5,537 nt of DNA. It comes from a virus (lineage: Duplodnaviria; Heunggongvirae; Uroviricota; Caudoviricetes). Below are positions 1-5,537 of the stretch, piece after piece; positions within the stretch are counted from its first letter, which is position 1; every line of letters begins with the position of its first letter. The notes beneath the pieces were generated by a model. The model was given only the letters and a program-made list of their open reading frames with translations. It had not been told where the DNA came from and searched no databases. Position numbers and translations under genes: made by a program. The DNA is taken from the IMG/VR virus record IMGVR_UViG_2602041586_000008, positions 1 to 5,537 of that record, one strand, 5' to 3'.

Positions 1-70
1 TGTGCCAACAGCGGACATTATAGATGGTATATGTAGAAAGTGAACATGCGTAGATTGTATGATTTAGCCG

Positions 71-880
71 TCACTTAATTATTGGATAACTCACACAAGT
101 ATGACCGTTGCTTATCGCATACATTTGGTTTCCCTTAAGATTTACAAATGGAAATGTCGTATACTCATAATTTATAGAGGTCATATTAAATGTAAGGAAT
201 TTATCTTCAAGTTCTAATTTTGTAGAGTGGGCAGGGTATGTTCCTTCATTTTTCATTGTGATAATAAAACCGATAGGAAAAAAATGTAAAGCACAAATAA
301 ATGCCACATGTCCTTCGTTCATAAATGCTACACTTTGAGCGGATATGTGCATTCTGTGTGGGTAAAACCAGTAGTAAATATCATGAGTTTCCTCAAAACT
401 TGAATTTTTACCCAAAACATAATCCTTTAAAGGTGTATAGAAGGGGCTATCTACGGGTTCTTTTTTACAATCTTCAACTGAAGTTGCTGATAGCACGTGC
501 CCAATCATAGCCTTAGTGAAAGATATGCTATCAAAAGGTATTCTAATGAATGGATATACATTCATACCATTCATATATCGACTTAACTGTTCTTTAAAGG
601 ACTTTGTTACATTTTCAATTGCAACATCGAGCCCACCTAATACCTTATTGTTACAGTGGCTGCAAATGGTTCTGAAATAAGAGCCATTTTTAGCATTTAA
701 TGGTTTAACTGGTTCCTGAATACCAAAAAATTCGCTAACTGTTTTCTGCAAAACAGGGCCTAAGGTTATGGCGCACTTTGGAGGAACATGATCTTTTGTG
801 AGCAAGCCATATTTCCCACAAATATTGCAATAACCTTCAGTAATGCCATTGTGCTTCCATCGTTCACTAATTTTCGTCAT
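71..880 (-). CDS. HNH/HNN-type nuclease-domain protein, 269 aa; N-terminal zinc-finger nuclease motif, C-terminal ~180 aa uncharacterised
   Basis: Complete ORF with ATG at 880..878 and a GAGGGA Shine-Dalgarno 6 nt upstream on the minus strand. The N-terminus carries CNICG...DHVPP...N...CSHCNNK, i.e. CxxC / DH / N / CxHCN, which fits the HNH (HNN-variant) beta-beta-alpha-metal fold. The C-terminal aromatic-rich region is not recognised. GC is visibly lower than in the phage core genes. Confidence 0.7.
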   Translation of the reverse strand: MTKISERWKHNGITEGYCNICGKYGLLTKDHVPPKCAITLGPVLQKTVSEFFGIQEPVKPLNAKNGSYFRTICSHCNNKVLGGLDVAIENVTKSFKEQLSRYMNGMNVYPFIRIPFDSISFTKAMIGHVLSATSVEDCKKEPVDSPFYTPLKDYVLGKNSSFEETHDIYYWFYPHRMHISAQSVAFMNEGHVAFICALHFFPIGFIITMKNEGTYPAHSTKLELEDKFLTFNMTSINYEYTTFPFVNLKGNQMYAISNGHTCVSYPIIK

Positions 881-1440
881 TTTTATTCCCTCAGTAGCAT
901 AAGCTATCTATACGTTTTTTAATCCTATCAAAGATACAACTTAACGTCAGGAAAATGATAGTGTTTATCTAAGTAATACAATTAACTTCAACGCGTGACA
1001 GTCTGCTTTTCGCTCAAAGCGGACTAGAAGGTTAGCTTGCGTCGGACTTGGCGTATTTAAAGAAGTGCTGGTGGTGACTGGTTGTTGTGTTCCATTTCTA
1101 CAGAATAAAATCACAGAAACTATACCCAATAGTTGTATTGAATCACTGACGAGACAGCTTCATATTTATCAGGACTGGTGTGCGTCTAATACAGGGGGTT
1201 GTCGTGCTGGTTCTCAAATGTGCGCTGGCTATTGCGGCTGTAATGGCAATTTATTGTCTTGCTGTTGTTCTTATGGAGCGGCTTTCTGATTGATTACATA
1301 CTGGCTAGAAAAAAGGTGTTACCTTGGTTTATCTTTGTCCGGCAAGGTGCGCTCATTAATCTTAAGTAAATTTATTGCTCAAGTATTCAGATTACTTCTT
1401 ATGGTTGAAGTCTCCTGTCAATGTAGAACCAATATATTTA

Positions 1441-1478
1441 CAAAAATGAGACCCGTCGGGGATAGCCCTGCCGGGTCT
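1441..1478 (-). terminator. Candidate intrinsic terminator for the YeaR-like gene
   Basis: 7-bp stem AGACCCG (1449-1455) / CGGGTCT (1472-1478) with a 16-nt loop. On the minus strand it is followed directly by ATTTTTG (plus 1441-1447), about 30 nt past the stop at 1508. The loop is large, so stability is uncertain. Confidence 0.45.
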
Positions 1479-1507
1479 GACTGTTAAAGCATTTTTAATA
1501 TGATCAT

Positions 1508-1846
1508 CTATTTTTTGGTGCTATAGACTTTTTCGCCCGAGAAGTCTGGAGCGACCCAAAAGTTAATATTAAACTGAGCATCATCGCTTAGTTCAACACG
1601 GTGCCAGTATTGTGGTGGGCTTGTTGCAAAAGCGCCAGCATTAATGACTACTTTTATCTCCGGTTCAGTAGCATTCTCATCAGTAAAACCATAATATGTT
1701 ACAGTGCCTTCCATTACGCACAACTGCCCAAAAACACCTGCTGCTGTATTATGATGTGTTAATAACGCTGAAGGTACGTTCTCTTTTGTGAAGAACGGAG
1801 TTGAGCGTTTGATTACCCAATCTTTAGGAATTCTCTTGTGTGTCAT
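1508..1846 (-). CDS. DUF1971 / YeaR-like small protein, 112 aa (TehB-C-terminal-like fold family)
   Basis: The ORF track gives 1508..1870, but the internal Met (MTHKRIPKD...) at 1846 is preceded by a perfect GAGGAGG Shine-Dalgarno (plus 1853-1859), so the start is placed at 1846. Motifs RSTPFF, VMEGTV.YYGF.DE..EP, AG.FA..PP..WH and FNINFWVAP match my recollection of E. coli YeaR (DUF1971). Confidence 0.8.
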   Translation of the reverse strand: MTHKRIPKDWVIKRSTPFFTKENVPSALLTHHNTAAGVFGQLCVMEGTVTYYGFTDENATEPEIKVVINAGAFATSPPQYWHRVELSDDAQFNINFWVAPDFSGEKVYSTKK

Positions 1847-1861
1847 AACCACCTCCTCAAA

Positions 1862-1884
1862 AACATGCATTATAAATGCGTGTT
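1862..1884. promoter_or_regulatory. NsrR-box-like 11-1-11 inverted repeat (candidate operator) over the -10 of the YeaR-like gene
   Basis: Plus strand reads AACATGCATTA-T-AAATGCGTGTT. Both halves approximate the NsrR half-site AAnATGCATTT as I remember it, 10/11 and 9/11. It lies 3-5 nt upstream of the Shine-Dalgarno and contains the -10 hexamer. Confidence 0.4.
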
Positions 1885-1901
1885 TTTGAGGGTTATGTCA
1901 A
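1869..1901 (-). promoter_or_regulatory. Sigma70-like promoter elements for the YeaR-like gene with an atypical 21-bp spacer
   Basis: On the minus strand there is a perfect TTGACA (plus 1896-1901) and a perfect TATAAT (plus 1869-1874), separated by 21 bp. That is longer than the usual 16-18 bp. The -10 is well placed relative to the SD and ATG (predicted start site near 1862). Confidence 0.35.
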
Positions 1902-2163
1902 GCTGTTATGAAACACATAATTGATATGTTGATTAGAGGAGAAGATATAATAAATATGGTTGTTTTTCGTATAACTATTTGTTTTACTTTTAGTTTATGC
2001 ATTCTGTGTGTTAGGAATAAGTTATTAAAGTTTAATCAAAAAATCTCGATGTAGTCCACATAGATTATTGTTACTGAACCTTATTGTGTGTATTAGTTGT
2101 GTTCTGAAATTTCAGCTTAATTATTTATGATGTATTTTTTAACGATAAATATTTTCCCAGGAT

Positions 2164-2214
2164 GCCTTTACTGTGTATATAAATAAATTATATACACATA
2201 AATAATGTAAAGGC
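2164..2214. repeat. Nested inverted repeat in an AT-rich intergenic region
   Basis: Inner perfect IR TGTGTATATAA (2172-2182) / TTATATACACA (2188-2198) with a 5-bp spacer. It is flanked by outer arms GCCTTTA (2164-2170) / TAAAGGC (2208-2214). Confidence 0.5.
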
Positions 2215-2573
2215 GTCCTTTTAGATATATCTTATCAAATGTTAATGACTTGAGTGGGAAATATGATTCCAGCAACTTATCATGTGGCTACTTTATAAAA
2301 ATAATGCCCATATAAAACAACAAGCGAAAAGGATTACGGATAAAAAAGGAGCGAGATGTGCGAACTTGTTATTTTCCATGTTTAACCACCTTAAATAATT
2401 GATGATGACGGGATGATTGCATCTGTAATGCTTTTATTGAAATGTTATGATAAAAAAGAACTTTTGCATAACATTAAAATGTAATTTATCTAATCGTTTT
2501 TAATAATAAATGTCGTATTTCTATCCTTGTACCAGCTATTTGATATGTAGTGTTTGTTCATGCTATGTGGGGC

Positions 2574-2601
2574 TTTACACCATAGCCAGTTTATTTATAC
2601 T
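2574..2601 (+). promoter_or_regulatory. Candidate sigma70 promoter for the nin-like operon
   Basis: TTTACA (2574-2579), 16-bp spacer, TATACT (2596-2601), about 60 nt upstream of the ATG at 2660. It overlaps an imperfect hairpin (GCTATG(T)GG ... CCATAGC, 2562-2586) followed by T-rich sequence, which could instead be a tR2-like terminator. Confidence 0.3.
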
Positions 2602-2659
2602 TTATTCGTCAGCCTGAACAACTGGCATCTGCTGCGCTGCGCCATCGAGAGATTGAGAA

Positions 2660-3259
2660 ATGGCGCATATACAACTGGTCAAACAAACCTCTTCTGGTTT
2701 ACTTCTCCCGGCGACGCCGGAGAGTTGCGATTTTTTGCATCAAATCAAAATAGGTGAGTGGATACACGCAGACTTTAAGCGTGTGCGTAACTACGCATTC
2801 CACAAGCGTTTTTTCAAACTCCTGCAACTGGGATTCGATTACTGGACTCCGGTCGGTGGGGCGATCACGCCTCGCGAACGAAAACTGGTATCGGGCTTCG
2901 TTGATTACCTGTGCGAATCAGTAGGTCGGGAACACACTCCAGCCCTGAGTGATGCCGCAGAGCAATACCTTAATACCGTTGCGACATGCAGAACCCGGGA
3001 TACGGCATTGCTAAAGTCGTTTGACGCTTTCCGCGAGTGGGTAACCATTCAGGCAGGATTTTACACCGAGTATATTTATCCTGATGGTAGTCGTGGGCGC
3101 AGGGCAAAATCTATCGCATTTGCGAACATGGACGAAACCGAGTTTCAGCAGGTTTATAAATCTGTACTGAATGTGCTGTGGAACTGGATCCTGTTCCGTA
3201 AATTTTCCTCTCCGGAGGAAGTCGAAAATGTGGCCGCACAGTTACTGGAGTTTGCGTAA
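2660..3259 (+). CDS. Lambdoid nin-region protein, 199 aa (DUF1367-like by memory and synteny)
   Basis: Complete ORF at about 50% GC. Its stop overlaps the next gene's start (TAATG at 3257-3261). Position is immediately upstream of a YbcO-like gene and a Q-like gene, as in many enterobacterial prophage nin regions. The family name is a recollection, not a search result. Confidence 0.8.
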   Translation: MAHIQLVKQTSSGLLLPATPESCDFLHQIKIGEWIHADFKRVRNYAFHKRFFKLLQLGFDYWTPVGGAITPRERKLVSGFVDYLCESVGREHTPALSDAAEQYLNTVATCRTRDTALLKSFDAFREWVTIQAGFYTEYIYPDGSRGRRAKSIAFANMDETEFQQVYKSVLNVLWNWILFRKFSSPEEVENVAAQLLEFA

Positions 3260-3549
3260 TGGTGGATTTACGTAAAGCGGCGCGGGGGCAGATGTGCACC
3301 GTCAGAATTCCTGGCTACTGCAATCACAATCCCGAAACATCTGTGCTGGCGCATTACAGGCTGTCGGGGACGTGCGGAACAGCGACAAAACCACACGATA
3401 TGCAGGCAGCGATTGCCTGTAGCTCATGCCACGATTTAATCGACGGGCGGGTAAAAACCAGCGATTACACCAAAGAAGAATTACGCCTGATGCATGCAGA
3501 AGGTGTTTTTCGCACACAAGAAATCTGGAGAAAGGAAGGTTATTTATGA
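3259..3549 (+). CDS. ybcO: YbcO-like (DUF1364) Cys-rich, likely zinc-binding phage protein, 96 aa; putative nuclease
   Basis: 96 aa, the same length as DLP12 YbcO. It has the MxDLRKAARG...C.VRIPG.CNxNPETSVLAH.R..G.CGT.TKP......IAC..CHD pattern with 5 Cys and His that I recall for YbcO. Translationally coupled on both sides (TAATG upstream, ATGA downstream). Confidence 0.75.
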   Translation: MVDLRKAARGQMCTVRIPGYCNHNPETSVLAHYRLSGTCGTATKPHDMQAAIACSSCHDLIDGRVKTSDYTKEELRLMHAEGVFRTQEIWRKEGYL

Positions 3550-4088
3550 TTTACCCAACAAATACAGGCAAAAGCGGGGAACACCTTCGTCTCACCACGC
3601 TGGAAAGTGTCTGGATTCAGGGAAAACTGCGCATGTGGGGGCGCTGGTCGTATATTGGCGGCGGTAAGACGGGAAATATGTTTAACCAGTTGCTGGCATC
3701 CAAAAAATTGACGAAAACAGCCGTCAATGAAGCCCTGCGCAGGATGAAAAAAGCGGGAATAGAGAAACCTGAGCTGGAAGCGTTTTTGCGAGAGATGATC
3801 AATGGCAAGCTAAAGACCTGGCTGGCGCATTGTACTGATGCAGAGGCGTTATGTATTGATAGAGTCATAAGTGAGGTGCTGGCAGAGCATCCTGGATTGA
3901 TTAGTGTCCTCCGGCAACGGTATGAAGGACGGGGGATGACTAAGCGCAAAATGGCTGAATTGCTAAATGATGCACATCCTGAGTGGTGTTTTAGCACATG
4001 CGAAAAGCGAATTGCTAATTGGTTGGCTGTTGCTGAGTATGCCCTATATATTCCCATGCGAGAATCATTTGCTCAAAAAATAGCTTGA
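3546..4088 (+). CDS. Putative late-gene antiterminator, Q-like, 180 aa
   Basis: Start placed at the internal ATG 3546, which has an AAGGAAGG Shine-Dalgarno 5 nt upstream and overlaps the YbcO-like stop as ATGA. The longer ORF from 3426 would overlap the YbcO-like gene by 124 nt with an Arg-rich N-terminus. It is the last nin-side gene before a hairpin/terminator region and the lysis gene. It has four Cys (C-x6-C ... C-x3-C). The function is assigned by synteny; the sequence family is not confirmed. Confidence 0.6.
   Translation: MIYPTNTGKSGEHLRLTTLESVWIQGKLRMWGRWSYIGGGKTGNMFNQLLASKKLTKTAVNEALRRMKKAGIEKPELEAFLREMINGKLKTWLAHCTDAEALCIDRVISEVLAEHPGLISVLRQRYEGRGMTKRKMAELLNDAHPEWCFSTCEKRIANWLAVAEYALYIPMRESFAQKIA
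4023..4052 (+). promoter_or_regulatory. Candidate late promoter (PR'-like) inside the 3' end of the Q-like gene
   Basis: TTGGCT (4023-4028), 16-18 bp spacer, TATATA/TATATT (4045-4052). An alternative is TTGATT (4085-4090), 17 bp, TGcTTCAAT (4105-4113). Neither is compelling. Confidence 0.2.
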
Positions 4089-4117
4089 TTTTTTACGCGT
4101 AAACTGCTTCAATTCCG

Positions 4118-4134
4118 GCTTTGCTTCGCAAAGC
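4118..4134. repeat. Perfect inverted repeat GCTTTGC-TTC-GCAAAGC
   Basis: 7-bp arms with a 3-nt loop, 30 bp after the Q-like stop. No T-run follows, so it is not a terminator by itself. It could be a protein-binding site or an RNA hairpin in the late leader. Confidence 0.5.
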
Positions 4135-4172
4135 TGTATCGCGAGGCGAACCAAGCGCATGAACTTTACCAG

Positions 4173-4200
4173 AACCCGCCATTGAGCGGGTTTTGTTGTT
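4173..4200 (+). terminator. tR'-like intrinsic terminator downstream of the Q-like gene
   Basis: Stem AACCCGC (4173-4179) / GCGGGTT (4186-4192), 6-nt loop, followed by TTTGTTGTTT. Confidence 0.55.
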
Positions 4201-4276
4201 TCTGGTACTGGCGAACCTGATGTTTCATTTCTGGAACGAGATTCCTGGCGGAATACCTAGAATCGAGACATTCTGG
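4200..4276 (+). repeat. Direct repeats of TTCTGG (x3) plus one TTCCTGG in the leader of the membrane-protein gene
   Basis: TTCTGG at 4200-4205, 4229-4234 and 4271-4276, and TTCCTGG at 4242-4248, all between the tR'-like terminator and the ATG at 4311. Confidence 0.35.
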
Positions 4277-4310
4277 TAAAATTGTTTTCAGTACAGGATG
4301 TGGAGGTGAG

Positions 4311-4880
4311 ATGAGAGAACTACCTAAAGATTATTTTTTAGGAGTAGATGATGAGCTCGTCGATTATCTTGAAAAACAAGGGGAAGAGACGATACGAGAG
4401 ATTCATCTTTCTAACAAAACCAATGTTGAGAATGGATACAAACTTCTGAACATTCAGATTGTTGGAATTGGTTCATCTTTTTTATTGCTGACACAGAAAA
4501 CTAATTTCGATTTTCTCACCGCCGGAATTACCACATTTACATTACTATGGACATGGTGCGCCATTTACTTGATATGTACTGGTTTATCTGTGAAGGTTAG
4601 GGGCCTGATCAATGCCCCTCCTGATCATCTATATCATGAAAAATATAAGGATATGGAGCCCTCGAGCTTTAAAATATTCGCTGATGCAGGATATTTAGGA
4701 CCTGATAAGTTATTGCCGCTTATACGAAGGTATCGCCTTGTTGACTTGAGTGATACAGCAAGAGAGTTACTGTTGGAAAATGAGAAAATCCGCACGAGTC
4801 TCGATAAAGCAAGGATGTATACCATCCTTGCTCCGGTAGCGGCGATGTTTATCTCGGCTGTTTTTTTATATGTTCAATGA
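4311..4880 (+). CDS. Low-GC predicted membrane protein, 189 aa, about 3 TM helices; accessory gene between Q and holin
   Basis: Complete ORF with GGAGG just upstream, though the spacer is short. Hydrophobic segments sit near aa 45-62 and 68-92 and at the C-terminus (MYTILAPVAAMFISAVFLYVQ), with soluble N-terminal and central regions. It is visibly more AT-rich than the flanking Q-like and holin genes. No family recognised. Confidence 0.7.
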   Translation: MRELPKDYFLGVDDELVDYLEKQGEETIREIHLSNKTNVENGYKLLNIQIVGIGSSFLLLTQKTNFDFLTAGITTFTLLWTWCAIYLICTGLSVKVRGLINAPPDHLYHEKYKDMEPSSFKIFADAGYLGPDKLLPLIRRYRLVDLSDTARELLLENEKIRTSLDKARMYTILAPVAAMFISAVFLYVQ

Positions 4881-5010
4881 CTGAGTCGGCAGAATCTCCA
4901 ACAAAAACACGACGTGTAGCAAAGTCTGTAGTACTTTGTGTTGGAGTTGGTTTTGGTGCCACGGGTTGCTGAGGTTTATTTTCATCTTGTGGCTTGTTTT
5001 TTTCAGACAT
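4849..5010 (-). CDS. Small hydrophilic Pro/Lys/Gln-rich protein, 53 aa (hypothetical)
   Basis: Internal ATG at 5010 of the 130-aa minus ORF, with a strong AAGAGGA Shine-Dalgarno 5 nt upstream. Sequence MSEKNKPQDENKPQQPVAPKPTPTQSTTDFATRRVFVGDSADSVIEHIKKQPR. Its 3' end overlaps the membrane-protein gene by 32 bp in convergent orientation. It could equally be non-coding antisense sequence. Confidence 0.4.
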   Translation of the reverse strand: MSEKNKPQDENKPQQPVAPKPTPTQSTTDFATRRVFVGDSADSVIEHIKKQPR

Positions 5011-5103
5011 AAAAATCCTCTTTGTTTGAATTGTTACTTTTGGCGATTTAACGATATCAAACACGAGTATATACCGCCAGAAGCTTAATCTGGCACTCCA
5101 TCT

Positions 5104-5130
5104 GACCCCGGCATGTCCCGGGGCTTTTTC
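5104..5130 (+). terminator. Intrinsic terminator upstream of the holin gene
   Basis: GC-only stem CCCCGG (5106-5111) / CCGGGG (5118-5123) with loop CATGTC, followed by CTTTTTC. Plus-strand only; there is no T-run on the other side. Confidence 0.6.
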
Positions 5131-5227
5131 GTTGTTAGGCTCCGGAAACATCCTCGACTTCTTGTTAGCAAGCCTGAGAGCCTGAATCTTACACTTAGCA
5201 CCATCCGAACTCTCGGAGGTGAGGCTT

Positions 5228-5537
5228 ATGAAAATGCACAATGCCCCTCATTCCTGGCCTGACTTACTGGAACTCTTACAAAGTTGGTGGCGTGGAGATA
5301 CGCCGCTGGGTGCAGTGGTTATGTCAATTATTATGGCTGGTTTGCGCATTGCCTATTTTGGCGGTGGCGGCGGCTGGAAACGAAAAACGCTTGAGATTCT
5401 GCTTTGTGGTGCTCTGACGCTGACCTTTGCATCCGCGCTTGAGTATGTCGGATGGCCTAAATCACTTTCTGTTGCCATTGGTGGTGGGGTGGGGCTGAAG
5501 TGGTTTACTGAATTTGGCCACCTGAACAGAGGTGATA
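5228..5537 (+). CDS. Lambda-S-like class I holin with MKM dual start (antiholin/holin), 3' truncated by the window edge
   Basis: GGAGGT Shine-Dalgarno at 5215-5220 and ATG at 5228. Translation MKMHNAPHSWPDLLELL...GGGGGWKRKTLEILLCGALTLTFASALEYVGW... has the Met-Lys-Met dual-start signature and hydrophobic layout of lambda S. The reading frame runs open to the window end (103 codons). Confidence 0.8.
   Translation, partial: MKMHNAPHSWPDLLELLQSWWRGDTPLGAVVMSIIMAGLRIAYFGGGGGWKRKTLEILLCGALTLTFASALEYVGWPKSLSVAIGGGVGLKWFTEFGHLNRGD

Noticed and set aside
325-510. 61-aa ORF on the + strand
   Set aside because: Lies entirely antisense within the HNH-domain gene, with no ribosome-binding site and low-complexity composition.
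1065-1487. Two adjacent ORFs (74 and 65 aa) in the same frame
   Set aside because: They start at GTG/TTG rather than ATG, have implausibly Cys-rich composition and no Shine-Dalgarno. Treated as non-coding or a possible remnant.
1847-1870. Upstream ATG start (1870) of the YeaR-like ORF
   Set aside because: The internal ATG at 1846 has a perfect GAGGAGG Shine-Dalgarno. The upstream ATG would place the SD inside the coding region and overlap the promoter -10.
348-2010. 13-bp exact repeat TGCATTCTGTGTG at 348-360 and 1998-2010
   Set aside because: A single 13-mer match in AT-biased sequence is compatible with chance, and there is no flanking similarity suggesting a mobile-element boundary.
1926-2054. 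42-codon ORF with a hydrophobic core (MVVFRITICFTFSLCILCV...), a possible type I toxin-like peptide
   Set aside because: No properly spaced ribosome-binding site, and it sits in very AT-rich DNA. Too weak to call without transcript or conservation data.
2554-2757. 67-aa ORF
   Set aside because: Overlaps the start of the 199-aa nin-like gene in another frame and would occupy its promoter/leader.
3111-3517. Two minus-strand ORFs (62 and 71 aa)
   Set aside because: Antisense to the nin-like and YbcO-like genes, which have far better coding context.
3426-3545. N-terminal extension of the Q-like ORF from the ATG at 3426
   Set aside because: Would overlap the YbcO-like gene by 124 nt with an Arg-rich out-of-frame sequence. 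The ATG at 3546 has a good SD and ATGA coupling.
3617-4057. 146-aa minus-strand ORF
   Set aside because: Entirely antisense within the Q-like gene, Ser/Ala/Arg-rich as is typical of shadow ORFs in GC-balanced coding DNA.
4634-4825. 63-aa minus-strand ORF
   Set aside because: Antisense inside the membrane-protein gene.
5011-5241. Long (130-aa) version of the minus-strand ORF
   Set aside because: It would run through the plus-strand terminator and the holin SD and start codon. Only the 53-aa portion downstream of the strong SD is considered plausible.
1-5537. tRNA genes (often found between Q and cargo genes in Stx phages) or a CRISPR array
   Set aside because: No T-psi-C-like GGTTCGAATCC-type motif or cloverleaf-sized GC-rich segment was seen, and no regularly spaced direct repeats.

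Overview
This window reads as the late-regulatory end of a lambdoid (lambda-like) enterobacterial prophage with low-GC accessory genes inserted. The phage backbone on the + strand is a translationally coupled nin-like module (199-aa protein, 96-aa YbcO-like Cys-rich protein, 180-aa Q-like antiterminator candidate), then a short hairpin/terminator region where a late promoter and tR' would be expected, and at the right edge a lambda-S-like holin with an MKM dual start (3' truncated). Between the Q-like gene and the holin lies a low-GC cassette: a 189-aa predicted 3-TM membrane protein, a convergent overlapping 53-aa ORF, and its own terminator. Upstream of the nin module is a ~670 bp very AT-rich ORF-free stretch, a minus-strand YeaR/DUF1971-like gene with an NsrR-box-like palindrome over its -10, and a low-GC minus-strand gene with an N-terminal HNH/HNN nuclease motif. 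No tRNA, rRNA or CRISPR array was seen. All family names are from memory and motif inspection; no database search or computation was run. The best candidates for undescribed biology are the Q-S cassette and the HNH-domain protein.
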